This document shows positions 47,607 through 62,600 of a DNA stretch of 64,000 nt, piece after piece. The notes beneath the pieces were generated by a model, which saw only the letters and a list, made by a program, of their open reading frames with translations, had not been told where the DNA came from and ran no database searches. Source of the stretch: Eledone cirrhosa. Its lineage: Eukaryota. The position numbers were made by a program, and so were the translations under genes. Numbering within the stretch: position 1 is the stretch's first letter; each line of letters starts with the position of its first letter. The stretch is taken from assembly GCA_964016885.1 (NCBI GenBank), contig OZ024740.1, positions 409,510,001-409,574,000 of the forward strand, read 5' to 3'.

Positions 47607-50600
47607 CAGTTGTTAGGGCATAAGTTCTGGGGTTAAAATGGCAGTTGTTAAGACATAAGTTCTGGGGTTAAAATGACAGTTGTTAAGGCATAAGTTCTGG
47701 GGTTAAAATGACAGTTGTTAAGGCATAAGTTTTGTGGATAAAATGGCAGTTGTTAAGGCATAAGTTCTGGAGATAAAATGACAGTTGTTAAGGCATAAGT
47801 TTTGGGGTTAAAATGACAGTTGTTAAGGCATAAGTTCTGGGGTTAAAATGGCAGTTGTTAAGACATAAGTTCTGTGGTTAAAATGACAGTTGTTAAGGCA
47901 TAAGTTCTGTGTTAAAATGACAGTTGTTAAGGCATAAGTTTGGGGGATAAAAATGACAGTTGTTAAGGCATAAGTTCTGGGGTTAAAATGGCAGTTGTTA
48001 AGACATAAGTTCTGGGGTTAAAATGACAGTTGTTAAGGCATAAGTTCTGGGGTTAAAATGAGAGTTGTTAAGGCATAAGTTTTGTGGATAAAATGGCAGT
48101 TGTTAGGGCATAAGTTCTGGGGTTAAAATGGCAGTTGTTAAGACATAAGTTCTGGGGTTAAAATGACAGTTGTTAAGGCATAAGTTCTGGGGTTAAAATG
48201 ACAGTTGTTAAGGCATAAGTTTTGTGGATAAAATGGCAGTTGTTAAGGCATAAGTTCTGGAGATAAAATGACAGTTGTTAAGGCATAAGTTTTGGGGTTA
48301 AAATGACAGTTGTTAAGGCATAAGTTCTGGGGTTAAAATGGCAGTTGTTAAGACATAAGTTCTGTGGTTAAAATGACAGTTGTTAAGGCATAAGTTCTGT
48401 GTTAAAATGACAGTTGTTAAGGCATAAGTTTGGGGGATAAAAATGACAGTTGTTAAGGCATAAGTTCTGGGGTTAAAATGGCAGTTGTTAAGACATAAGT
48501 TCTGGGGTTAAAATGACAGTTGTTAAGGCATAAGTTCTGGGGTTAAAATGAGAGTTGTTAAGGCATAAGTTTTGTGGATAAAATGGCAGTTGTTAAGGCA
48601 TACGTTTTGTGGATAAAATGGCAGTTGTTAAGGCATAAGTTCTGTGTTAAAATGACAGTTGTTAAGGCATAGGTTTGGGGGATAAAATGGCAGTTGTTAA
48701 GGCATAAGTTCTGGGGTTAAAATGGCAGTTGTTAAGGCATAAGTTTTGGGGATAAAAATGACAGTTGTTAAGGCATAAGTTCTGGGGTTAAAATGGCAGT
48801 TGTTAAGACATAAGTTCTGGGGATAAAATGACAGTTGTTAAGGCATAAGTTCTGTGGTTAAAATGACAGTTGTTACGGCATAAGTTCTGGAGATAAGATG
48901 ACAGTTGTTAAGGCATAAGTTCTGGGGTTAAAATGACAGTTGTTAAGGCATAAGTTCTGTGGTTAAAATGGCAGTTGTTAAGGCATAAGTTCTGTGGTTA
49001 AAATGACAGTTGTTACGGCATAAGTTCTGGAGATAAGATGACAGTTGTTAAGGCATAAGTTCTGGAGATAAGATGACAGTTGTTAAGGCATAAGTTCTGG
49101 GGTTAAAATGACAGTTGTTAAGACATAAGTTCTGGGGATAAAATGACAGTTGTTAAGGCATAAGTTCTGTGGTTAAAATGACAGTTGTTAAGGCATAAGT
49201 TCTGGAGATAAGATGACAGTTGTTAAGGCATAAGTTCTGGAGATAAGTTGACAGTTGTTAAGGCATAAGTTCTGGGGTTAAAATGACAGTTGTTAAGGCA
49301 TAAGTTCTGTGGTTAAAATGACAGTTGTTACGGCATAAGTTCTGGAGATAAGATGACAGTTGTTAAGGCATAAGTTCTGGGGTTAAAATGACAGTTGTTA
49401 AGGCATAAGTTCTGGGGTTAAAATGGCAGTTGTTAAGACATAAGTTCTGTGGTTAAAATGACAGTTGTTAAGGCATAAGTTCTGGAGATAAGATGACAGT
49501 TGTTAAGGCATAAGTTCTGGTGTTAAAATGACAGTTGTTAAGGCATAAGTTCTGTGGTTAAAATGACAGTTGTTAAGGCATAAGTTCTGGAGATAAGATG
49601 ACAGTTGTTAAGGCATAAGTTCTGTGGTTAAAATGACAGTTGTTAAGGCATAAGTTCTGGAGATAAGATGACAGTTGTTAAGGCATAAGTTCTGGGGTTA
49701 AAATGACAGTTGTTAAGGCATAAGTTCTGGAGATAAGATGACAGTTGTTAAGGCATAAGTTCTGGAGGTAAGATGACAGTTGTTAAGGCATAAGTTCTGG
49801 GGTTAAAATGGCAGTTGTTAAGGCATAAGTCTGGAGTTAAAATGACAGTTGTTAAGGCATAAGTTTTGGGGATAAAAATGACAGTTGTTAAGGCATAAGT
49901 TCTGCAGATAAAATGACAGTTGTTAAGGCATAAGTTCTGGGGTTAAAATGACAGTTGTTAAGGCATAAGTTCTGGGGTTAAAATGACAGTTGTTAAGGCA
50001 TAAGTTCTGGGGTTAAAATGACAGTTGTTACAGCATAAGTTCTGGGGTTAAAATGACAGTTGTTACGGCATAAGTTCTGGTGATGAAATGACAGTTGTTA
50101 AGGCATAAGTTCTGGGGTTAAAATGGCAGTTGTTAAGGCATAAGTCTGGAGTTAAAATGACAGTTGTTAAGGCATAAGTTTTGGGGATAAAAATGACAGT
50201 TGTTAAGGCATAAGTTCTGGAGATAAAATGACAGTTGTTAAGGCATAAGTTCTGGGGTTAAAATGACAGTTGTTAAGGCATAAGTTCTGGGGTTAAAATG
50301 ACAGTTGTTAAGGCATAAGTTCTGGGGTTAAAATGACAGTTGTTACGGCATAAGTTCTGGGGTTAAAATGACAGTTGTTACGGCATAAGTTCTGGAGATA
50401 AAATGACAGTTGTTAAGGCATAAGTTCTGGGGTTAAAATGGCAGTTGTTAAGACATAAGTTCTGGGGTTGAAATGACAGTTGTTAAGGCATAAGTTCTGG
50501 GGTTAAAATGACAGTTGTTAAGGCATAAGTTTTGGGGATAAAATGACAGTTGTTAAGGCATAAGTTCTGGAGATAAAATGACAGTTGTTAAGGCATAAGT

Positions 50601-53600
50601 TCTGGAATTAAAATGACAGTTGTTAAGGTATAAGTTCTGGGGTTAAAATGACAGTTGTTAAGGCATAAGTTCTGGGGTTAAAATGGCAGTTGTTCAGACA
50701 TAAGTTCTGGGGTTAAAATGACAGTTGTTAAGGCATAAGTTCTGGGGTTAAAATGACAGTTGTTAAGGCATAAGTTTTGGGGATAAAAATGACAGTTGTT
50801 AAGGCATAAGTTCTGGGGTTAAAATGACAGTTGTTAAGACATAAGTTCTGGAGATAAAATGACAGTTGTTAAGGCATAAGTTCTGGGGTTAAAATGACAG
50901 TTGTTAAGCCATAAGTTTTGGGGATAAAAATGACAGTTGTTAAGGCATAAGTTCTGGGGTTAAAATAACAGTTGTTAAGACATAAGTTCTGGAGATAAAA
51001 TGACAGTTGTTAAGGCATAAGTTCTGGGGTTAAAATGACAGTTGTTAAGACATAAGTTCTGGAGATAAAATGACAGTTGTTAAGACATAAGTTCTGGGGA
51101 TAAAATGGCAGTTGTTAAGACATAAGTTCTGGGGTTAAAATGACAGTTGTTACGGCATAAGTTCTGGAGATAAAATGACAGTTGTTACGGCATAAGTTCT
51201 GGAGATAAAATGGCAGTTGTTAAGGCATAAGTTCTGGGGTTAAAATGGAAGTTGTTAAGACATAAGTTCTGGGGTTAAAATGACAGTTGTTAAGGCATAA
51301 GTTCTGGAGATAAAATGACACTTGTTAAGGCATAAGTTCTGGGGTTAAAATGACAGTTGTTACGGCATAAGTTCTGGGGTTAAAATGACAGTTGTTACGG
51401 CATAAGTTCTGGAGATAAAATGACACTTGTTAAGGCATAAGTTCTGGGGTTAAAATGACAGTTGTTAAGGCATAAGTTCTGGGGTTAAAATGACAGTTGT
51501 TAAGGCATAAGTTCTGGGGTTAAAATGACAGTTGTTAAGGCATAAGTTCTGGGGTTAAAATGACAGTTGTTAAGGCATAAGTTTTGGGGATAAAATGACA
51601 GTTGTTAAGGCATAAGTTCTGGAGATAAAATGACAGTTGTTAAGGCATAAGTTCTGGGGTTAAAATGACAGTTGTTAAGGTATAAGTTCTGGGGTTAAAA
51701 TGACAGTTGTTAAGGCATAAGTTCTGGGGTTAAAATGGAAGTTGTTAAGACATAAGTTCTGGGGTTAAAATGACAGTTGTTAAGGCATAAGTTCTGTGGT
51801 TAAAATGACAGTTGTTAAGGCATAAGTTCTGTGTTAAAATGATAGATGTTAAGGCATAAGTTTTGGGGATAAAAATGACAGTTGTTAAGGCATAAGTTCT
51901 GGTTAAAATGACAGTTGTTAAGGCATAAGTTCTGTGTTAAAATGATAGTTGTTAAGGCATAAGTTCTGGGGTTAAAATGGCAGTTGTTAAGACATAAGTT
52001 CTGGGGTTAAAATGACAGTTGTTAAGGCATAAGTTCTGGTGTTAAAATGACAGTTGTTAAGGCATAAGTTTTGGGGATAAAATGACAGTTGTTAAGGCAT
52101 AAGTTCTGGAGATAAAATGACAGTTGTTAAGGCATAAGTTCTGGAATTAAAATGACAGTTGTTAAGGCATAAGTTCTGGGGTTAAAATGACAGTTGTTAA
52201 GGCATAAGTTCTGGGGTTAAAATGACAGTTGTTAAGGCATAAGTTCTGTGGTTAAAATGACAGTTGTTAAGGCATAAGTTCTGTGTTAAAATGATAGTTG
52301 TTAAGGCATAAATTTTGGGGATAAAAATGACAGTTGTTAAGGCATAAGTTCTGTGGTTAAAATGACAGTTGTTACGGCATAAGTTCTGGAGATAAGATGA
52401 CAGTTGTTAAGGCATAAGTTCTGGGGTTAAAATGACAGTTGTTAAGGCATAAGTTCTGGGGTTAAAATGGCAGTTGTTAAGGCATAAGTTCTGGGGTTGA
52501 AATGGAAGTTGTTAAGGCATAAGTTCTGGGGTTAAAATGGAAGTTGTTAAGGCATAAGTTCTGGGGTTAAAATGACAGTTGTTAAGGCATAAGTTTTGGG
52601 GATAAAAATGACAGTTGTTAAGGCATAAGTTCTGGGGTTATAATGACAGTTGTTAAGACATAAGTTCTGGAGATAAAATGACAGTTGTTAAGGCATAAGT
52701 CCTGGGGTTAAATTGACAGTTGTTAAGGCATAAGTTTTTGGGATAAAAATGACAGTTGTTAAGGCATAAGTTCTGGGGTTAAAATGACAGTTGTTAAGAC
52801 ATAAGTTCTGGAGATAAAATGACAGTTGTTAAGGCATAAGTTCTGGGGTTAAAATGACAGTTGTTAAGACATAGGTTCTGGAGATAAAATGACAGTTGTT
52901 AAGGCATAAGTTCTGGGGATAAAATGGCAGTTGTTAAGACATAAGTTCTGGGGTTAAAATGACAGTTGTTACGGCATAAGTTCTGGAGATAAAATGACAG
53001 TTGTTACGGCATAAGTTCTGGAGATAAAATGGCAGTTGTTAAGGCATAAGTTCTGGGTTTAAAATGGAAGTTGTTAAGACATAAGTTCTGGGGTTAAAAT
53101 GACAGTTGTTAAGGCATAAGTTCTGGGGTTAAAATGACAGTTGTTACGGCATAAGTTCTGGGGTTAAAATGACAGTTGTTACGGCATAAGTTCTGGAGAT
53201 AAAATGACAGTTGTTAAGGCATAAGTTCTGGGGTTAAAATGACAGTTGTTAAGGCATAAGTTCTGGGGTTAAAATGACAGTTGTTAAGGCATAAGTTCTG
53301 GGGTTAAAATGACAGTTGTTACGGCATAAGTTCTGGGGTTAAAATGACAGTTGTTACGGCATAAGTTCTGGAGATAAAATGACAGTTATATAGGCATAAG
53401 TTCTGGGGTTAAAATGGCAGTTGTTAAGACATAAGTTCTGGAGATAAAATGACAGTTGTTAAGGCATAAGTTCTGGGGTTAAAATGACAGTTGTTAAGGC
53501 ATAAGTTTTGGGGATAAAATGACAGTTGTTAAGGCATAAGTTCTGGAGATAAAATGACAGTTGTTAAGGCATAAGTTCTGGGGTTAAAATGACAGTTGTT

Positions 53601-56600
53601 AAGGTATAAGTTCTGGGGTTAAAATGACAGTTGTTAAGGCATAAGTTCTGGGGTTAAAATGACAGTTGTTAAGGCATAAGTTCTGGGGTTAAAATGACAG
53701 TTGTTAAGGCATACGTTCTGGGGTTAAAATGACAGTTGTTAAGGCATAAGTTCTGGGGTTAAAATGACAGTTGTTAAGGCATAAGTTCTGGGGTTAAAAT
53801 GACAGTTGTTAAGGCATAAGTTCTGTGGTTAAAATGACAGTTGTTAAGGCATAAGTTCTGTGTTAAAATGATAGTTGTTAAGGCATGAGTTTTGGGGATA
53901 AAAATGACAGTTGTTAAGGCATAAGTTCTGGTTAAAATGACAGTTGTTAAGGCATAAGTTCTGTGTTAAAATGATAGTTGTTAAGGCATAAGTTTTGGGA
54001 ATAAAAATGACAGTTGTTAAGGCATAAGTTCTGGGGTTAAAATGACAGTTGTTACGGCATAAGTTCTGGAGATAAGATGACAGTTGTTAAGGCATAAGTT
54101 CTGGGGTTAAAATGACAGTTGTTAAGGCATAAGTTCTGGGGTTAAAATGGCAGTTGTTAAGGCATAAGTTCTGGGGTTAAAATGGAAGTTGTTAAGGCAT
54201 AAGTTCTGGGGTTAAAATGGAAGTTGTTAAGGCATAAGTTCTGGGGTTAAAATGACAGTTGTTACGGCATAAGTTCTGGAGATAAAATGACAGTTGTTAC
54301 GGCATAAGTTCTGGGGATAAAAATGACAGTTGTTAAGGCATAAGTTCTGGGGTTAAAATGACAGTTGTTAAGGCATAAGTTCTGGGGTTAAAATGACATT
54401 TGTTAAGGCATAAGTTCTGGGGTTAAAATGACAGTTGTTAAGGCATAAGTTTTGGGGATAAAAATGACAGTTGTTAAGGCATAAGTTCTGGGGTTAAAAT
54501 GACAGTTGTTAAGACATAAGTTCTGGAGATAAAATGACAGTTGTTAAGGCATAAGTTCTGGGGTTAAAATGGAAGTTGTTAAGACATAAGTTCTGGGGTT
54601 AAAATGACAGTTTGTTACGGCATAATTTCTGGGGTTAAAATGGCAGTTGTTAAGACATAAGTTCTGTGGTTAAAATGACAGTTGTTACGGCATAAGTTCT
54701 GGGGTTAAAATGACAGTTGTTACGGCATAAGTTCTGGAGATAAAGTGACAGTTGTTAAGACATAAGTTCTGGGGTTAAAATGACAGTTGTTAAGGCATAA
54801 GTTCTGTGGTTAAAATGACAGTTGTTACGGCATAAGTTCTGGGGATAAAATGACAGTTGTTAAGACATAAGTTCTGGGGTTAAAATGACAGTTGTTACGG
54901 CATAAGTTCTGGGGTTAAAATGACAGTTGTTAAGACATAAGTTCTGGGGTTAAAATGACAGTTGTTACGGCATAAGTTCTGGGGTTAAAATGACAGTTGT
55001 TAAGACATAAGTTCTGGGGTTAAAATGACAGTTGTTAAGGCATAAGTTCTGGAGATAAGATGACAGTTGTTAAGGCATAAGTTCTGGAGATAAAATGACA
55101 GTTGTTACGGCATAAGTTCTGGAGATAAAATGACAGTTGTTAAGACATAAGTTCTGGGGTTAAAATGACAGTTGTTACGGCATAAGTTCTGGAGATAAAA
55201 TGACAGTTGTTAAGACATAAGTTCTGGGGTTAAAATGACAGTTGTTAAGGCATAAGTTCTGTGGTTAAAATAACAGTTGTTACGGCATAAGTTCTGGGGA
55301 TAAAATGACAGTTGTTAAGACATAAGTTCTGGGGTTAAAATGACAGTTGTTACGGCATAAGTTCTGGGGTTAAAATGACAGTTGTTAAGACATAAGTTCT
55401 GGGGTTAAAATGACAGTTGTTACGGCATAAGTTCTGGGGTTAAAATGACAGTTGTTAAGACATAAGTTCTGGGGTTAAAATGACAGTTGTTAAGGCATAA
55501 GTTCTGGAGATAAGATGACAGTTGTTAAGGCATAAGTTCTGGAGATAAAATGACAGTTGTTACGACATAAGTTCTGGGGTTAAAATGACAGTTGTTAAGA
55601 CATAAGTTCTGGGGTTAAAATGACAGTTGTTAAGACATAAGTTCTGGGGTTAAAATGACAGTTGTTAAGGCATAAGTTCTGTGGTTAAAATGACAGTTGT
55701 TACGGCATAAGTTCTGGAGATAAAATGACAGTTGTTAAGGCATAAGTTTTGGGGATAAAAATGACAGTTGTTAAGGCATAAGTTCTGGAGATAAGATGAC
55801 AGTTGTTACGGCATAAGTTCTGGAGATAAAATGACAGTTGTTAAGACATAAGTTCTGGGGTTAAAATGACAGTTGTTACGGCATAAGTTCTGGGGTTAAA
55901 ATGACAGTTGTTAAGACATAAGTTCTGGAGATAAAATGACAGTTGTTAAGGCATAAGTTCTGGGGTTAAAATGACAGTTGTTAAGGCATAAGTTCTGTGG
56001 TTAAAATGACAGTTGTTACGGCATAAGTTCTGGATATAAAATGACAGTTGTTAAGACATAAGTTCTGGGGTTAAAATGACAGTTGTTAAGGCATAAGTTC
56101 TGGGGATAAAATGACAGTTGTTAAGGCATATGTTCTGGAGATAAAATGACAGTTGTTAAGGCATAAGTTCTGGAGATAAGATGACAGTTGTTAAGGCATA
56201 AGTTCTGTGGTTAAAATGACAGTTGTTAAGACATAAGTTCTGGGGTTAAAATGACAGTTGTTAAGGCATAAGTTCTGTGGTTAAAATGACAGTTGTTAAG
56301 GCATAAGTTCTGGAGATAAAATGACAGTTGTTAAGACATAAGTTCTGGGGTTAAAATGACAGTTGTTAAGGCATAAGTTCTGGGGTTAAAATGACAGTTG
56401 TTAAGGCATAAGTTCTGGGGTTAAAATGATAGTTGTTAAGGCATAAGTTCTGGGGTTAAAATGACAGTTGTTAACGCATAAGTTCTGGAGATAAAATGAC
56501 AGTTGTTAAGGCATAAGTTCTGGGGTTAAAATGACAGTTGTTAAGGCATAAGTTTTGGGGATAAAATGACAGTTGTTAAGGCATAAGTTCTGGAGATAAA

Positions 56601-59600
56601 ATGACAGTTGTTAAGGCATAAGTTCTGGGGTTAAAATGACAGTTGTTAAGGTATACGTTCTGGGGTTAGAATGACAGTTGTTAAGGCATAAGTTCTGCGG
56701 TTAAAATGGAAGTTGTTAAGACATAAGTTCTGGGGTTAAAATGACAGTTGTTAAGGCATAAGTTCTGGGGTTAAAATGACAGTTGTTAAGGCATAAGTTC
56801 TGTGGTTAAAATGACAGTTGTTAAGGCATAAGTTCTGTGTTAAAATGATAGTTGTTAAGGCATAAGTTTTGGGGATAAAAATGACAGTTGTTAAGGCATA
56901 AGTTCTGTGGTTAAAATGACAGTTGTTAAGGCATAAGTTCTGTGTTAAAATGATAGTTGTTAAGGCATACGTTTTGGGGATAAAATGACAGTTGTTACGG
57001 CATAAGTTCTGGTGATAAAATGACAGTTGTTAAGGCATAAGTTCTGGGGTTAAAATGACAGTTGTTACGGCATAAGTTCTGGAGATAAGATGACAGTTGT
57101 TAAGGCATAAGTTCTGGAGATAAAATGACAGTTGTTAAGGCATAAGTTCTGGGGTTAAAATGGCAGTTGTTAAGGCATAAGTTCTGGGGTTAAAATGGAA
57201 GTTGTTAAGGCATAAGTTCTGGGGTTAAAATGGAAGTTGTTAAGGCATAAGTTCTGGGATTAAAATGACAGTTGTTACGGCATAAGTTCTGAAGATAAAA
57301 TGACAGTTGTTACGGCATAAGTTCTGGGGATAAAAATGACAGTTGTTAAGGCATAAGTTCTGGGGTTAAAATGATAGTTGTTAAGGCATAAGTTCTGGGG
57401 TTAAAATGACAGTTGTTAAGGCATAAGTTTTGGGGATAAAAATGACAGTTGTTAAGGCATAAGTTCTGTGGTTAAAATGACAGTTGTTACGGCATAAGTT
57501 CTGGAGATAAGATGACAGTTGTTAAGGCATAAGTTCTGGGGTTAAAATGACAGTTGTTAAGGCATAAGTTCTGCGGTTAAAATGGCAGTTGTTAAGGCAT
57601 AAGTTCTGGGGTTGAAATGGAAGTTGTTAAGGCATAAGTTCTGGGGTTAAAATGGAAGTTGTTAAGGCATAAGTTCTGGGGTTAAAATGACAGTTGTTAA
57701 GGCATAAGTTTTGGGGATAAAAATGACAGTTGTTAAGGCATAAGTTCTGGGGTTATAATGACAGTTGTTAAGACATAAGTTCTGGAGATAAAATGACAGT
57801 TGTTAAGGCATAAGTTCTGGGGTTAAATTGACAGTTGTTAAGGCATAGGTTTTGGGGATAAAAATGACAGTTGTTAAGGCATAAGTTCTGGGGTTAAAAT
57901 GACAGTTGTTAAGACATAAGTTCTGGAGATAAAATGACAGTTGTTAAGGCATAAGTTCTGGGGTTAAAATGACAGTTGTTAAGACATAGGTTCTGGAGAT
58001 AAAATGACAGTTGTTAAGGCATAAGTTCTGGGGATAAAATGGCAGTTGTTAAGACATAAGTTCTGGGGTTAAAATGACAGTTGTTACGGCATAAGTTCTG
58101 GAGATAAAATGACAGTTGTTACGGCATAAGTTCTGGAGATAAAATGGCAGTTGTTAAGGCATAAGTTCTGGGTTTAAAATGGAAGTTGTTAAGACATAAG
58201 TTCTGGGGTTAAAATGACAGTTGTTAAGGCATAAGTTCTGGGGTTAAAATGACAGTTGTTACGGCATAAGTTCTGGGGTTAAAATGACAGTTGTTACGGC
58301 ATAAGTTCTGGAGATAAAATGACAGTTGTTAAGGCATAAGTTCTGGGGTTAAAATGGCAGTTGTTAAGACATAAGTTCTGGGGTTAAAATGACAGTTGTT
58401 AAGGCATAAGTTCTGGGGTTAAAATGACAGTTGTTAAGGCATAAGTTTTGGGGATAAAATGACAGTTGTTAAGGCATAAGTTCTGGAGATAAAATGACAG
58501 TTGTTAAGGCATAAGTTCTGGGGTTAAAATGACAGTTGTTAAGGTATAAGTTCTGGGGTTAAAATGACAGTTGTTAAGGCATAAGTTCTGGGGTTAAAAT
58601 GACAGTTGTTAAGGCATAAGTTCTGGGGTTAAAATGACAGTTGTTAAGGCATACGTTCTGGGGTTAAAATGACAGTTGTTAAGGCATAAGTTCTGGGGTT
58701 AAAATGACAGTTGTTAAGGCATAAGTTCTGGGGTTAAAATGACAGTTGTTAAGGCATAAGTTCTGTGTTAAAATGATAGTTGTTAAGGCATAAGTTTTGG
58801 GGATAAAAATGACAGTTGTTAAGGCATAAGTTCTGGTTAAAATGACAGTTGTTAAGGCATAAGTTCTGTGTTAAAATGATAGTTGTTAAGGCATAAGTTT
58901 TGGGAATAAAAATGACAGTTGTTAAGGCATAAGTTCTGGGGTTAAAATGACAGTTGTTACGGCATAAGTTCTGGAGATAAGATGACAGTTGTTAAGGCAT
59001 AAGTTCTGGGGTTAAAATGACAGTTGTTAAGGCATAAGTTCTGGGGTTAAAATGGCAGTTGTTAAGGCATAAGTTCTGGGGTTAAAATGGAAGTTGTTAA
59101 GGCATAAGTTCTGGGGTTAAAATGGAAGTTGTTAAGGCATAAGTTCTGGGGTTAAAATGACAGTTGTTACGGCATAAGTTCTGGAGATAAAATGACAGTT
59201 GTTACGGCATAAGTTCTGGGGATAAAAATGACAGTTGTTAAGGCATAAGTTCTGGGGTTAAAATGACAGTTGTTAAGGCATAAGTTCTGGGGTTAAAATG
59301 ACATTTGTTAAGGCATAAGTTCTGGGGTTAAAATGACAGTTGTTAAGGCATAAGTTTTGGGGATAAAAATGACAGTTGTTAAGGCATAAGTTCTGGGGTT
59401 AAAATGACAGTTGTTAAGACATAAGTTCTGGAGATAAAATGACAGTTGTTAAGGCATAAGTTATGGGGTTAAAATGGAAGTTGTTAAGACATAAGTTCTG
59501 GGGTTAAAATGACAGTTGTTACGGCATAAGTTCTGTAGATAAAATGACAGTTGTTACGGCATAAGTTCTGGAAATAAAATGACAGTTGTTAAGACATAAG

Positions 59601-62600
59601 TTCTGGGGTTAAAATGGAAGTTGTTAAGACATAAGTTCTGGGGTTAAAATGACAGTTGTTACGGCATAAGTTCTGGAGATAAAATGACAGTTGTTAAGGC
59701 ATAAGTTCTGGGGTTAAAATGGAAGTTGTTAAGACATAAGTTCTGGGGTTAAAATGACAGTTTGTTAAGGCATAAGTTCTGGAGATAAGATGACAGTTGT
59801 TAAGGCATAAGTTCTGGAGATAAAATGACAGTTGTTACGGCATAATTTCTGGGGTTAAAATGGCAGTTGTTAAGACATAAGTTCTGTGGTTAAAATGACA
59901 GTTGTTACGGCATAAGTTCTGGGGATAAAATGACAGTTGTTAAGACATAAGTTCTGGGGTTAAAATGACAGTTGTTACGGCATAAGTTCTGGGGTTAAAA
60001 TGACAGTTGTTAAGACATAAGTTCTGGGGTTAAAATGACAGTTGTTACGGCATAAGTTCTGGGGTTAAAATGACAGTTGTTAAGACATAAGTTCTGGGGT
60101 TAAAATGACAGTTGTTAAGGCATAAGTTCTGGAGATAAGATGACAGTTGTTAAGGCATAAGTTCTGGAGATAAAATGACAGTTGTTACGACATAAGTTCT
60201 GGGGTTAAAATGACAGTTGTTAAGACATAAGTTCTGGGGTTAAAATGACAGTTGTTAAGACATAAGTTCTGCGGTTAAAATGACAGTTGTTAAGGCATAA
60301 GTTCTGTGCTTAAAATGACAGTTGTTACGGCATAAGTTCTGGAGATAAAATGACAGTTGTTAAGGCATAAGTTTTGGGGATAAAAATGACAGTTGTTAAG
60401 GCATAAGTTCTGGAGATAAGATGACAGTTGTTACGGCATAAGTTCTGGAGATAAAATGACAGTTGTTAAGACATAAGTTCTGGGGTTAAAATGACAGTTG
60501 TTACGGCATAAGTTCTGGGGTTAAAATGACAGTTGTTAAGACATAAGTTCTGGAGATAAAATGACAGTTGTTAAGGCATAAGTTCTGGGGTTAAAATGAC
60601 AGTTGTTAAGGCATAAGTTCTGTGGTTAAAATGACAGTTGTTACGGCATAAGTTCTGGATATAAAATGACAGTTGTTAAGACATAAGTTCTGGGGTTAAA
60701 ATGACAGTTAAGGCATAAGTTCTGGGGATAAAATGACAGTTGTTAAGGCATATGTTCTGGAGATAAAATGACAGTTGTTGAGGCATAAGTTCTGGAGATA
60801 AGATGACAGTTGTTAAGGCATAAGTTCTGTGGTTAAAATGACAGTTGTTAAGACATAAGTTCGGGGGTTAAAATGACAGTTGTTAAGGCATAAGTTCTGT
60901 GGTTAAAATGACAGTTGTTAAGGCATAAGTTCTGGAGATAAAATGACAGTTGTTAAGACATAAGTTCTGGGGTTAAAATGACAGTTGTTAAGGCATAAGT
61001 TCTGGGGATAAAATGACAGTTGTTAAGGCATAAGTTCTGGGGTTAAAATGACAGTTGTTAAGGCATAAGTTCTGGGGTTAAAATGACAGTTGTTAACGCA
61101 TAAGTTCTGGAGATAAAATGACAGTTGTTAAGGCATAAGTTCTGGGGTTAAAATGACAGTTGTTAAGGCATAAGTTTTGGGGATAAAATGACAGTTGTTA
61201 AGGCATAAGTTCTGGAGATAAAATGACAGTTGTTAAGGCATAAGTTCTGGGGTTAAAATGACAGTTGTTAAGGTATACGTTCTGGGGTTAGAATGACAGT
61301 TGTTAAGGCATAAGTTCTGGGGTTAAAATGGAAGTTGTTAAGACATAAGTTCTGGGGTTAAAATGACAGTTGTTAAGGCATAAGTTCTGGGGTTAAAATG
61401 ACAGTTGTTAAGGCATAAGTTCTGTGGTTAAAATGACAGTTGTTAAGGCATAAGTTCTGTGTTAAAATGATAGTTGTTAAGGCATAAGTTTTGGGGATAA
61501 AAATGACAGTTGTTAAGGCATAAGTTCTGTGGTTAAAATGACAGTTGTTAAGGCATAAGTTCTGTGTTAAAATGATAGTTGTTAAGGCATAAGTTTTGGG
61601 GATAAAATGACAGTTGTTACGGCATAAGTTCTGGTGATAAAATGACAGTTGTTAAGGCATAAGTTCTGGGGTTAAAATGACAGTTGTTACGGCATAAGTT
61701 CTGGAGATAAGATGACAGTTGTTAAGGCATAAGTTCTGGAGATAAAATGACAGTTGTTAAGGCATAAGTTCTGGGGTTAAAATGGCAGTTGTTAAGGCAT
61801 AAGTTCTGGGGTTAAAATGGAAGTTGTTAAGGCATAAGTTCTGGGGTTAAAATGGAAGTTGTTAAGGCATAAGTTCTGGGATTAAAATGACAGTTGTTAC
61901 GGCATAAGTTCTGAAGATAAAATGACAGTTGTTACGGCATAAGTTCTGGGGATAAAAATGACAGTTGTTAAGGCATAAGTTCTGGGGTTAAAATGATAGT
62001 TGTTAAGGCATAAGTTCTGGGGTTAAAATGACAGTTGTTAAGGCATAAGTTTTGGGGATAAAAATGACAGTTGTTAAGGCATAAGTTCTGGGGTTAAAAT
62101 GACAGTTGTTAAGACATAAGTTCTGGAGATAAAATGACAGTTGTTAAGGCAAAAGTTCTGGGGTTAAAATGGAAGTTGTTAAGACATAAGTTCTGGGGTT
62201 AAAATGACAGTTGTTACGGCATAAGTTCTGGAGATAAAATGACAGTTGTTACGGCATAAGTTCTGGAGATAAAATGACAGTTGTTAAGACATAAGTTCTG
62301 GGGTTAAAATGACAGTTGTTACGGCATAAGTTCTGGAGATAAAATGACAGTTGTTAAGGCATAAGTTCTGTGGTTAAAATGGAAGTTGTTAAGACATAAG
62401 TTCTGGGGTTAAAATGACAGTTGTTACGGCATAAGTTCTGGGGTTAAAATGGCAGTTGTTAAGACATAAGTTCTGTGGTTAAAATGACAGTTGTTACGGC
62501 ATAAGTTCTGGAGATAAAATGACAGTTGTTAAGACATAAGTTCTGGGGTTAAAATGACAGTTGTTACGGCATAAGTTCTGGGGTTAAAATGACAGTTGTT